DNA of 63,977 nucleotides, filler included, from an uncultured bacterium (GCA_964609495.1; 3 parts of 3 records of this genome joined end to end with filler, not necessarily neighbours in it); one strand, 5' to 3'; shown: positions 10,156 to 19,303, counted from the whole stretch's first letter. A program made the numbers and translations. The notes: generated by a model not told the origin, from the letters alone.

Positions 10156-11448
10156 TCACTTTCTAAAAGCTTTATCCAATTCAGCCTGGATCTTCCCCTC
10201 TGCCTTGGCAAGAGCCTCTTCAGCAGTTGATTTTCCCCATACAATCTCATCTTTGGCCGCGATTAGCTCGCTCCATAGATAATCGGTTATCGGGCATGCT
10301 GGCTCGTGAAAGGCATTGGGATCGAAGGCGAGGTCTATCGAAGTCTGTAATTTCGGATTGTCGTGACCCTCTATCCACTCGGTATCTTCGTTATTCACTC
10401 TAATAGAACTGAAGGTAAAGAATCCCTCGCAAACATCGGCCATCACATCCTTATTATAGAGGAACTCCATAAACTGGAAAGCCTCTTTTGGATGCTTAGC
10501 TCCTCTAGGAATAACGTGGACATCGGCATATACGTAAGTCGAACCATATACCCCAGGAGCTTGAACTGGGGGAGGAGCTACTCCCCAATCCATATCAGGA
10601 GCATTATTACGTATATACTTTCCTTCCCAGGTCCCCGCTAGCTCCATAGCAGTCTTACCGACAAAGAAGGGATAGTTCTGGCTGAAATAGCTCCCAAAGC
10701 CCGAGGTGAAGGTCTGCATCTGTGATACACCATATTCCTCCGCGTAACTTGCTTCCCACTTATAGGCCGCGATCGCCTCAGGGGTAGTTATGGTGACCTT
10801 TTGATTGGCTTCATCATAGATATCACCGCCGAAGTAGTAGGGCCAAGCCCATTCCCACCATCCTGGAGACCAAGGCACAAATCCCATCTGAGTTACCCGT
10901 CCGCTCTCATCCCTCTCCGTGATCTTATCTGAGAGTTCATCTAACTCCGCCATAGTCTTGGGCGTAACCTCGGGATCAAGTCCAACTTCTCTGAAGATAT
11001 CCTTGTTATAGTAAAAACCGATCGACCAGGGAAGCGAGGGTAAAGCATACAATTTCCCCTCATAGAACATAAGATCCCAAAGAACAGGAACGAACATATC
11101 CTCTGAGAGACTCGAATCCTTCATAAAATCTTCCAGAGACATAATCCCCTTCCTATGAGCATAAGAGGATACACTGTAAGACCAAAGGAAAGCCATATCG
11201 GGAGGGTTTCCTGCGGTTATCGAAGCCAAAAGCTTCGTTCCGATATCAGGGATCCGAAGGTACTCGACCTCGAGATCAGGTTGAGAATTATTGAATTTCT
11301 CGACAGCGGCTCTCATTACTCCTTCCTCATATCCTCCCCACAAAGCCCAATAGGAAATTTTCATCTTCTTTGCATATCCACTTTGAGACAGGATACATAG
11401 CAGACCGAAGACTAAAACCATCCCTAAAATTAACACTCTTTTAGACAT
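10156..11448 (-). CDS. Sugar ABC transporter substrate-binding protein
   Basis: Signal peptide, GNPPD, YYNKDIFREVGLDP, GKTAM motifs. Confidence 0.92.
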   Translation of the reverse strand: MSKRVLILGMVLVFGLLCILSQSGYAKKMKISYWALWGGYEEGVMRAAVEKFNNSQPDLEVEYLRIPDIGTKLLASITAGNPPDMAFLWSYSVSSYAHRKGIMSLEDFMKDSSLSEDMFVPVLWDLMFYEGKLYALPSLPWSIGFYYNKDIFREVGLDPEVTPKTMAELDELSDKITERDESGRVTQMGFVPWSPGWWEWAWPYYFGGDIYDEANQKVTITTPEAIAAYKWEASYAEEYGVSQMQTFTSGFGSYFSQNYPFFVGKTAMELAGTWEGKYIRNNAPDMDWGVAPPPVQAPGVYGSTYVYADVHVIPRGAKHPKEAFQFMEFLYNKDVMADVCEGFFTFSSIRVNNEDTEWIEGHDNPKLQTSIDLAFDPNAFHEPACPITDYLWSELIAAKDEIVWGKSTAEEALAKAEGKIQAELDKAFRK

Positions 11449-11556
11449 TGATATTCCTCCTTTTCGATTTGTTGTTTAATAGATAGAAACTCCTCATCCC
11501 AAAACTACTTTAACTTTCTATATCACCTCCCTTTTTTAGTTCTAACCTGTCTAATC

Positions 11557-11584
11557 ATTATAACAAGAGAGCCAAAAAAGTCAA
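11557..11584 (-). promoter_or_regulatory. Promoter of ABC operon 2
   Basis: Minus strand TTGACT-16 nt-TATAAT with extended TG. Confidence 0.6.
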
Positions 11585-11600
11585 GCCTTTTTAATTCCTA

Positions 11601-11768
11601 CGATGCATATAAATTAGGGACTTGGAAAACATTATATATTATCCCTGGCTCTTCTTTTAAAGGAGAGGGGAGTTTGGAATGCACATGAAGAGAGACAATC
11701 ACCCCTCTTCTCTGAGAAGTGGTAATTAAAGGAAATTAGATATCAGGTCCCCGATTTTATATGCTTCC
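11601..11768. mobile_element. MITE copy 1 (168 bp) with terminal inverted repeats and 9-bp target duplication
   Basis: Left CGATGCATATAAATTAGGGAC, right end reverse complement GGAAGCATATAAAATCGGGGAC; TAATTCCTA on both flanks (11592-11600, 11769-11777). Confidence 0.8.
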
Positions 11769-11805
11769 TAATTCCTAGTAAGTAATAAAATATCGGGCTA
11801 GCAAA

Positions 11806-12076
11806 AGGGAGTTCAAGATATAACTCCCCCCTCACCCTAGCCCTCTTCCACGAGGGGAGAGGAAACACTAAGATAAGCTGGCTCTCTTTAGTTCTCCTTC
11901 CCTTTGGTTTTTGAACTTCTAATCGGAGTATCATATTCTTAGTTTTTCGCTAGAGGGTTTAAGATATGACTCCCCCCTCACCCTATCCCTCTCCCACGAG
12001 GGGAGAGGGAATATCCAGATAAACTTGCTCTCTTTAGTTTCCCCTCCCTTGATGGGAGGGGTTAGGGGAGGGTGAT
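11806..12076. repeat. Tandem cluster of GC-rich REP-like hairpin repeats (two A units, one full and one partial B unit)
   Basis: A cores at 11829-11865 and 11975-12011 with shared flanks; B at 12041-12076. Confidence 0.85.
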
Positions 12077-12113
12077 TTAAGAAGTTCGATCACCTTTTGA
12101 AATTCATCGGTCA

Positions 12114-12638
12114 TTAGAATTTCGCCAACTCTTTCTCAAAGGCGTTATACGTAGCTTGATCGAAGAGGACGAATACCACTGTTTTCAGAGAAGTATCCTC
12201 CTCTTGAGCATAATCCTTCACCGCCTCGAACATAACTTGAGCCGTCCTAGATACTGGAAAACCTCCAACTCCAGTGCCGATCGCGGGAAAGGATATGCTC
12301 TCGAGCTTCAACTCATCGGCACGGCGGAGGCTATTCCTCGTAGTATGCTTTATCTTAGCAGAATCAGTTCTGAGGTCCGTTCCCATCCCTGCGGCGTGAA
12401 TAACATACCTCGCTTTAAGCGAACCAGCAGTAGTTGCTACCGCCTCTCCGATCGGTATAGGTCCTTTGGCGATCGCTTCCCTCTCGATCTCAACGCCCCC
12501 CTTCCTCTTGATCGCCCCGGCGACTCCTGCTCCCATCCAAAGCTCATTATTCGCCGCATTAACTATAGCATCCGTCTCCTGTTCGGTAATATCTCCCTTG
12601 ACCAACTTGACCTGCAATTTATTGAACTTCTTCTCCAT
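12114..12638 (-). CDS. Macro domain protein (MacroD-type ADP-ribose/O-acetyl-ADP-ribose hydrolase)
   Basis: GDIT, AIVNAAN, GAGVAGAI, VIHA, SFPAIGTGVGGF. Confidence 0.93.
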   Translation of the reverse strand: MEKKFNKLQVKLVKGDITEQETDAIVNAANNELWMGAGVAGAIKRKGGVEIEREAIAKGPIPIGEAVATTAGSLKARYVIHAAGMGTDLRTDSAKIKHTTRNSLRRADELKLESISFPAIGTGVGGFPVSRTAQVMFEAVKDYAQEEDTSLKTVVFVLFDQATYNAFEKELAKF

Positions 12639-13383
12639 CCTTGATCCTCCTCAATATTTCCGACATTATCTCTCCTGCGGTATCCCTTATCACCACATCA
12701 GCCTGATGATCTATATAAGTCGGCTCTCGATTTATGATTATCAACTTAGCGGAATACCTTAAAGCCATATCGGGCAGGGAATTCACCGGGCTAACCTGGA
12801 GAGAAGAACCGATCACCAGCATTAAATTACAAAGCACAGCCATATCAAAGGCCTCTGCTATAGCCTCCTCCGGAAGCATCTCTCCAAAGAGGATCACGTC
12901 AGGCTTATATATCCCTCCACATTTACAGAAGGGGACCGGCTTCTCCTCCAATATAGTTAGTAATTCATCAATAGTTATTCTCCTTCCGCACTTCATACAG
13001 CTTGCACTCTGTAAATTCCCATGAACTTCGATAACCCTCTTAGATCCAGCTCTCTGATGAAGTCCATCTATATTTTGAGTTATCACCCTCTTGATAATAC
13101 CCATCTTCTCTAGCTCAGCTAAAGCATAGTGGACTTTGTTAGGCTTAGCCTCGAACAAAGCGCTCAATCGCTGAGTATAGAACTCATAAAAGCGAGTCGG
13201 ATTGGACTTAAAAGCCTGTATAGAGGCGACCTCCTCTGGGTTAAAATCCCTCCACAATCCGGTATCAGGACTTCGAAAATCAGGGAGACCAGATTCGGTG
13301 CTAGATCCCGCGCCAGTCAAAGCTATAGCATAGCTGGCTTGAGAGAGGAGAGCAACCGCTTTCTCTATCTCCCTTTCCCACAT
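12619..13383 (-). CDS. cobB: NAD-dependent protein deacylase (sirtuin)
   Basis: TGAG..ESG.PDFR, TQNIDGLH, HG, CxxC..CxC, GSSL; ATG 13383 overlaps surE stop (TGATG). Confidence 0.92.
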   Translation of the reverse strand: MWEREIEKAVALLSQASYAIALTGAGSSTESGLPDFRSPDTGLWRDFNPEEVASIQAFKSNPTRFYEFYTQRLSALFEAKPNKVHYALAELEKMGIIKRVITQNIDGLHQRAGSKRVIEVHGNLQSASCMKCGRRITIDELLTILEEKPVPFCKCGGIYKPDVILFGEMLPEEAIAEAFDMAVLCNLMLVIGSSLQVSPVNSLPDMALRYSAKLIIINREPTYIDHQADVVIRDTAGEIMSEILRRIKDGEEVQ

Positions 13384-14150
13384 CACTTGAGCTCCTCCAG
13401 TTGTTTCCCCCATTCCCTCAGAATATCCAACATCGCATAGTTGGTCATATCCAGATGAAGGGGGGTGATAGAGACCTTATTCTCTCTAATCGCGGTGAAA
13501 TCGACCCCTTCTCCCAAATCTCCAATAGGTTCTCCATCTATCCAGAAGTAGTCTCTACCATTCGGATCCTTTCGTTTTACGACTCTACCCTCATAGACGC
13601 TGGTTCCTTGTCTTGTTATCTCTATCCCTGTGATCTCCCCCTCTGGGATGTTGGGAACATTTATATTCAAAAGGGTGTTCTTGGGAAGCCCTTTCTCCAA
13701 GACCATCTTAGCAATTTGGCGAGCAACCTTCGCCGCGTATTCGAATCTGTAATTCTCCCTAGCGGCTAGGGATACAGCAATAGATGGTATCCCGAAGATC
13801 GTCCCTTCCATCGCGGCCGATACCGTTCCCGAGTAGGTTATATCATTTCCCAAATTAGCACCTTTATTGATCCCAGATACCACCAATGCTAACTTCTCCC
13901 CAACTATCTCCTCCATCGCCAAGATCACACAATCCGAGGGGGTGCCATCGATCGCAAATCCAGTATCCCCATCGGGAAGCACTACTCGAGTTATCCGCAG
14001 AGGATGAGTGAGAGTAAGGGCATGCCCGATAGTGCTTCTCTCCTTATCAGGAGCGACGACTACTGTCTCTCCCAGCTTCTCTATCTCCTTCTTCAGAGCG
14101 AAGATCCCTGGGGAATCTATTCCATCATCATTAGTAACTAATATCTTCAA
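13383..14150 (-). CDS. surE: 5'/3'-nucleotidase SurE
   Basis: ILVTNDDG, GTPSDCV, SGINKGANLG, YSGTV. Confidence 0.96.
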   Translation of the reverse strand: MKILVTNDDGIDSPGIFALKKEIEKLGETVVVAPDKERSTIGHALTLTHPLRITRVVLPDGDTGFAIDGTPSDCVILAMEEIVGEKLALVVSGINKGANLGNDITYSGTVSAAMEGTIFGIPSIAVSLAARENYRFEYAAKVARQIAKMVLEKGLPKNTLLNINVPNIPEGEITGIEITRQGTSVYEGRVVKRKDPNGRDYFWIDGEPIGDLGEGVDFTAIRENKVSITPLHLDMTNYAMLDILREWGKQLEELK

Positions 14151-14160
14151 TTTGCCACTC

Positions 14161-15264
14161 CTAACGTATCAGTATATCTGGCTCCTCAAATTCCCTTTCC
14201 CCTATCTTAATCCTTATCATAGGCCAATCGGTGGGAACAGTGATGAGTTCAGGCCCCTCCTCCTTGGCGACTATGGTATCCTCAGACTTAGTGCCAGTAA
14301 TTGAGGGATTCCAAGCGAAGGATTGATTGGGTTGGATGATATGAGGGCAGGAGGGAGTAGCTATATACTCGCGAGACTTATATCCAGTGGGCCCTCCCTG
14401 ATGGTGCAACTTCCACTCATCAGGATAACCAGCCTCGGCATAAGCCTCGATCCCTTTCTGCAACACAGCGGCGGCTTTAATTCCCGGCCTGGTGTTAGCC
14501 GTGAAGGTCGCATCGATCTTGACCAGGGCTTGGTGCTTATCGGCTATCTCCCCGGGTAGCTTCCCGAAGTGGACCAATCTCGTGATCGCTACCTGAAGTC
14601 CCCATTTCCTTGCCATAGTAACTACCATAGCGAACTTTTCTAGCTTCTTATCCGTAGGGATAGGATGTCTGTATTTAAATATCCTCCCATCGGTAGCTAC
14701 TAGAAGCACGGTGAAGGTAATTCCCTCATCCCTCAGAGCTTTCCCCAAACGAGCCGCGATCTGATGCTCTGTCTCTCCTACCTGAAGCTCCTTGCATACC
14801 CTCTCCATACACTCCACCGCCGTCGAACCCAGCCATCTATAGCGCTCAAGCTCCTGCTCAGTGAGTGAGTAGCGGAGATAATCCATTCTACCATCGACCA
14901 ACTCCGCTCCAGGAAAGGGGGTATCGGAGGCTAAGGCAGAGCCCTTCATAATACTATCGATCACCTCGGTTTTTCTATCCTCATACCAATAATAAGGTTG
15001 AAATTCAAAGCCTAGCTCGCGCACCTCCTCATCCATAATTCGGGGAGTCTCGATATTGGTGGTGATAACATACTTATCACTCTTAGTGATCAATATCGAA
15101 GAAGCCCCCACCTCTGAGCCAGCCTCTACATGGTTATCTCCTCCACAGGTGAACCAAGAGAAGTTGTTTTGTTTAGTAATCAGTAGTCCCTCAAAGTTAT
15201 TCTCTTCCAGAAACTCTCTAACCTTCCGCTCTTTTTCTTTCAGCTCTTCCTTTCTACTCGACAA
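14161..15264 (-). CDS. M24-family (creatinase/aminopeptidase P fold) hydrolase with degenerate metal site
   Basis: Creatinase-like N domain, HHQGG, WNPS, KSEDT. Confidence 0.8.
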   Translation of the reverse strand: MSSRKEELKEKERKVREFLEENNFEGLLITKQNNFSWFTCGGDNHVEAGSEVGASSILITKSDKYVITTNIETPRIMDEEVRELGFEFQPYYWYEDRKTEVIDSIMKGSALASDTPFPGAELVDGRMDYLRYSLTEQELERYRWLGSTAVECMERVCKELQVGETEHQIAARLGKALRDEGITFTVLLVATDGRIFKYRHPIPTDKKLEKFAMVVTMARKWGLQVAITRLVHFGKLPGEIADKHQALVKIDATFTANTRPGIKAAAVLQKGIEAYAEAGYPDEWKLHHQGGPTGYKSREYIATPSCPHIIQPNQSFAWNPSITGTKSEDTIVAKEEGPELITVPTDWPMIRIKIGEREFEEPDILIR

Positions 15265-15288
15265 AGTAAATCACTCCTTTTAGATAAA

Positions 15289-15720
15289 TTAATCCTGCTC
15301 AATAGAGATCGTATAATCTAAAATGCATCTGACATACTTTCTCATATCTTCAATAAGTCTTTTAGCGGTCTTATAAACTATGACATTATCTAACCTTTCG
15401 TAGTCGTGGACCAGGCGATTTCTAAAGCCTATATAGGTTCGGTTAAATCTCTCGAAGAGCGATTCATCTAGCACCTCTATATCTTTCACTATCTCAAAGG
15501 ATTCGCGGGAAGTTCCAGGCGTTTCTTTTCCCGAATATACTATCAGTAGATTATTAGTATCAATAGCGCATTCTACTAATAACTGAGATAACCTTTCCAC
15601 GATTCTACGCCGTCCAGCCTCCTTTAGATATTCCTCAAGAGGAATCTCTAGGTAAGGCTCAAGCTCATCTACATAGCCCTCGATACTCCGAAGTTTCTGG
15701 CGAATCAAATTTAGATTCAT
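15289..15720 (-). CDS. hepT: HEPN RNase toxin (DUF86/HepT)
   Basis: RNRLVHDY (Rx4HxY) motif; overlaps upstream MNT gene by 4 nt. Confidence 0.88.
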   Translation of the reverse strand: MNLNLIRQKLRSIEGYVDELEPYLEIPLEEYLKEAGRRRIVERLSQLLVECAIDTNNLLIVYSGKETPGTSRESFEIVKDIEVLDESLFERFNRTYIGFRNRLVHDYERLDNVIVYKTAKRLIEDMRKYVRCILDYTISIEQD

Positions 15721-16178
15721 CCCTCTATACCATATTTCTTTTTAAGATATTCGAGTTGAAGTTTGAAGAACTTTTGATTATCATCATATCTTCTAGCCGC
15801 ATAAGATTGGAACTCAATGAAGCTATACTCATCCCTTTGATATAAGGGAATGCCTCCTGAAGCCACCTCGAAGAGAAGGAGAGGAGTCGCCCTGTTGAGA
15901 ACCACCATATCGAGATCTCCCCTCAATACTCCAGCCAGATCCTCCATCAAAGACATCTCCCACTCCCAATCTTCCCTCTGCTCGCCATCTCTCCAACCAT
16001 ATTTAAGAGATCTCACCGCCACATCAACATCACTATAAGGTCGATTATATCCTTTAGCGAAAGATCCAAAGATGATGACGAGATCGAGATAATATCTCTC
16101 AGCGAGTTCAACTAGCTTCTCTCTATTATCCGCTGGACAGATCTCATCTAAAAGTTCATCAGGGTTGATATTTCTCAT
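15717..16178 (-). CDS. mntA: Minimal nucleotidyltransferase antitoxin (MntA)
   Basis: FGSFAKG..SDVD (GSx10DxD), DMVVLN. Confidence 0.88.
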   Translation of the reverse strand: MRNINPDELLDEICPADNREKLVELAERYYLDLVIIFGSFAKGYNRPYSDVDVAVRSLKYGWRDGEQREDWEWEMSLMEDLAGVLRGDLDMVVLNRATPLLLFEVASGGIPLYQRDEYSFIEFQSYAARRYDDNQKFFKLQLEYLKKKYGIEG

Positions 16179-16224
16179 CAGTTAGTAAGTCCTGTTTGAA
16201 TTGATGCCTATTCTATTAGGTATA

Positions 16225-16253
16225 ATTATAGCATATCCTATAGGCGATTTCAA
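16225..16253 (-). promoter_or_regulatory. Promoter of mntA-hepT and possibly the downstream operon
   Basis: Minus strand TTGAAA-17 nt-TATAAT with extended TG. Confidence 0.65.
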
Positions 16254-16470
16254 CTTAGACAAAGGTAACTGAGTATAAAATGATAAGTTTATTTCGAAGT
16301 TTATCACCTAGTTGACCTTATCTTCTATTGAAGATAAAGATTGGATATTTAAGATTTGTAAATTATATTTTAATAAGAAAAGTCGTCTGAAACCACGACT
16401 AATCATATAAAGCTTTAGAATCGCTCTGTAATTTCGCTCGAAGCGCGATAATCCGAAAAGGAGCACGAAG

Positions 16471-16791
16471 ATGGCGATAAATATAAACCCCTATCTAGTC
16501 TATATTCTAGAGGGTATAATCTTTCTCCTCCTCGATCTTATAATAGCTCGCGTAGTCGTCTCCCTCGGCGATTTCGTCTTAGCGAAGATAGATGAGATAC
16601 CAATCTCTTGGTCGGAGGTATGGAAGGATAACGGCGCGGGATTTAAAAAGAACTGGGAGATTTTGATGGTCTTATGGCCTCTGGTGGTTGTGGTTATCAT
16701 CTCGGGAGTGATGCTTCTAGGAGGAAGGTATATACTGAGATATAGCAAGATCATATTTAAGATTCCGCATTCTCCTTCTCACAGCTCCTAG
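16471..16791 (+). CDS. Small two-TM hypothetical membrane protein
   Basis: AGGAG RBS, two hydrophobic segments, followed by hairpin. Confidence 0.6.
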   Translation: MAININPYLVYILEGIIFLLLDLIIARVVVSLGDFVLAKIDEIPISWSEVWKDNGAGFKKNWEILMVLWPLVVVVIISGVMLLGGRYILRYSKIIFKIPHSPSHSS

Positions 16792-16800
16792 TAAGAGATG

Positions 16801-16841
16801 GTAAAGAGATCCCCTAGCTTGGACTAGAGGGATCTCTTTAC
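16801..16841. terminator. Terminator hairpin
   Basis: GTAAAGAGATCCC..GGGATCTCTTTAC inverted repeat. Confidence 0.7.
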
Positions 16842-16895
16842 TCATTTCTTTATCCCTCTCTGAGACCGGAAAATGTAAGAGGTCAAATTGTTTAA

Positions 16896-17074
16896 ATCAC
16901 CCTCTCCTAACCTCCTCCCATCTTGGTTTTTGCTGAATTAATAAGGCTATCAAAGAATCTTGTTAATTATCACCCTCCCCTAACCCCCTCCCATCAAGGG
17001 AGGGGGGAATAAAGGGCTTTAGTTCAATCTCAGTGTTCCCTCTCCCCTCGTGGGAGAGGGATAGGGTGAGAGGG
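16896..17074 (-). repeat. REP-like A+B composite in reverse orientation plus partial B
   Basis: 17036-17070 is the exact reverse complement of the 35-nt A core; 16969-17007 matches B reverse complement; partial B at 16896-16922. Confidence 0.85.
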
Positions 17075-17088
17075 AAAGCCGAGGCTAC

Positions 17089-19251
17089 TTAATATCTAAC
17101 CTTCTCCTCTATCGTCCCCTTGATCCTCTCCGCCAGACTGCTATATCTCCTCTCGATCTTATTGTTGCGGATAGCGATTCCCATAGCCTTCTTCGTCCCT
17201 ACGATAACCACCAACTCCTTAGCCCTCGTAACCGCAGTATAAAGAAGGTTGCGCTGGAGCATCATATAGTGCTGAGTGAGTAGAGGTAGCACTACCGCCC
17301 TATACTCGCTTCCCTGACTCTTATGGACGCTGATCGCATAAGCTAGAACGATTTCATCAAGATCAGGGTATTCGTATGATACCACCGAATCCGCATACTG
17401 CACATCGATTACCTGATTCTCATCATCGATTCTCACGATCCTCCCAATATCCCCATTAAACACGTCCTTATCATAGTTATTGATTATCTGCATCACCTTA
17501 TCGCCGAGACGAAATCCTCTCCTTCCCCTCACCCAGCTATCAGTTGGAGTAGCAGGAACGAAGGTATCTTGTAGGACTTTGTTGAGATTATTCGCTCCAG
17601 CTATCCCTCGATACATTGGGCAGAGAACTTGAATATCCTCTAGGGAATCATAGCCATAGTATTCTTGAAGCCTCCTAGCACATAATTCCTTTATAATCTC
17701 GACTACCCTCTCAGGATCCTCCTCCTCGATCAGATAGAAATCTTGTTTCCGCCCTCCCCTGAGAAGAGGGAACATCCCCTTATTTATCCTATGCGCATTG
17801 ACGATGATCAAGCTCTCCCGTGCTTGACGGAATATCTCTGTTAAGCACACCACCTCGACCATTCCCGAAGCTATTATATCCTTGAGAACATTCCCCGCTC
17901 CTACCGCGGGAAGCTGATCGACATCTCCTACTAAGATCAAAGAGGCAGTGGAGGGAATAGCTTTAAGCAAATTATTCATCAACAGTAGATCGACCATCGA
18001 GGCTTCATCAATGATAACAACATCAGCAGGTAAGGGATTATCCTGATTCCGCTGGAAACCTCCCCTCTGGAAACTATACTCTAAAAGGCGATGGATCGTC
18101 TTGGCTTCATAGCCAGTAGTCTCCGATAACCTCTTAGCGGCTCTGCCAGTAGGGGCGGCTAAGAGAACCCGCGCAGACTGCTGTTTCATCAACTCTAAGA
18201 TGCCGATAGTAGTTGTCGTCTTTCCAGTTCCTGGGCCTCCAGTTAGAATCATCACCTTGTTGACTAAGGCTTTCCACATCGCCTCTCTCTGATTATCAGC
18301 GAATCTAATCCCCTTTATTCGCTCTATTCGAGCGATGATCTTATCAAAGTTTACATAAGATATACGCGGTTTCCTCCTAAGAAGTTGCCTCAATCTTCCT
18401 GCGACTCCCACCTCGGCGTAGTAGAAAGGAGGAAGATAAATATTGTCTCCCTCGATTATCACCTCTGAATTTTGCTCCAACCTATCGAGAGGAGGGGCTA
18501 TCAATTCAGTAGGATTCTCCAATATCTCACTGCTCTTAGCTAATAACTCCTCCTTTGGAGCATAGGTATGACCGTCCTCCGAGAACTGCGAGAGGACATA
18601 TTTGAGACCAGCGGTGAGGCGCAGAAATGAACTCTTCTCCACACCCATACTATCCGCGATTCTGTCCGCGGTCCTGAAACCGATACCATAGATATCATCG
18701 GCGAGGCGATATGGATTCTCCCTCACTATCTCGATCGCTTGATCTTCATAGGCTCGATAGATCTTAGTAGCATAGGTGGTGGAGACATTATGAGCTTGGA
18801 GAAAGATCATTACATCCTTGATATGTTTCTGTTCCTCCCAGGCTTTGGCGATCATCTCCACCCGCTTTGGGCCGACTCCCTCTACCTCGCTTAACCTTTC
18901 GATATCCTCCTCAATGACCCGGAGAGTATCTAATCTGAAATGCTTCACGATCCGCTTAGCGGTTACTGGCCCAATCCCCTTGATCAAACCCGATCCCAGA
19001 TACTTCTCGATTCCAGTGATCGTGGCGGGGACCAGGCTCTTATACTCTACGATCTTAAACTGCCTGCCATAGCGAGGATGAGTCACCCACCAACCTTTCA
19101 GAGCCAAACCTTCACCTACCGATACCGATAGTAACTCTCCAATAACAGTTACTATCCCCTTCTGCCCAGTCGGTTGAAACCTTAATACCGAATATCCATT
19201 TTCGTCATTTTGATAGGTAATACGCTCTACAGTTCCTTCTAGATAATCCAT
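17089..19251 (-). CDS. recD2: ATP-dependent RecD2 helicase
   Basis: N-terminal OB/HhH region (GIGPVTA), GGPGTGKT, DEASM, HKSQGSEY. Confidence 0.95.
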   Translation of the reverse strand: MDYLEGTVERITYQNDENGYSVLRFQPTGQKGIVTVIGELLSVSVGEGLALKGWWVTHPRYGRQFKIVEYKSLVPATITGIEKYLGSGLIKGIGPVTAKRIVKHFRLDTLRVIEEDIERLSEVEGVGPKRVEMIAKAWEEQKHIKDVMIFLQAHNVSTTYATKIYRAYEDQAIEIVRENPYRLADDIYGIGFRTADRIADSMGVEKSSFLRLTAGLKYVLSQFSEDGHTYAPKEELLAKSSEILENPTELIAPPLDRLEQNSEVIIEGDNIYLPPFYYAEVGVAGRLRQLLRRKPRISYVNFDKIIARIERIKGIRFADNQREAMWKALVNKVMILTGGPGTGKTTTTIGILELMKQQSARVLLAAPTGRAAKRLSETTGYEAKTIHRLLEYSFQRGGFQRNQDNPLPADVVIIDEASMVDLLLMNNLLKAIPSTASLILVGDVDQLPAVGAGNVLKDIIASGMVEVVCLTEIFRQARESLIIVNAHRINKGMFPLLRGGRKQDFYLIEEEDPERVVEIIKELCARRLQEYYGYDSLEDIQVLCPMYRGIAGANNLNKVLQDTFVPATPTDSWVRGRRGFRLGDKVMQIINNYDKDVFNGDIGRIVRIDDENQVIDVQYADSVVSYEYPDLDEIVLAYAISVHKSQGSEYRAVVLPLLTQHYMMLQRNLLYTAVTRAKELVVIVGTKKAMGIAIRNNKIERRYSSLAERIKGTIEEKVRY

Positions 19252-19266
19252 CTTATCTTCAGAAAG

Positions 19267-19295
19267 GAGCGACTGGAGAAGAACTCCAGTCGCTC
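19267..19295. terminator. Stem-loop between epimerase gene and recD2
   Basis: Perfect 12-bp stem GAGCGACTGGAG/CTCCAGTCGCTC. Confidence 0.65.
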
Positions 19296-19303
19296 TTTTA
19301 ATA

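Noticed and set aside
11806-12076. Possible CRISPR array
   Set aside because: Only two tandem units, intervening sequences are similar rather than unique, copies are dispersed and no cas genes are present.
12619-13413. SirTM or Thoeris-like Sir2/Macro defence system
   Set aside because: Sirtuin has canonical deacylase motifs with catalytic His and Zn site; no GcvH-L/LplA or TIR genes nearby.
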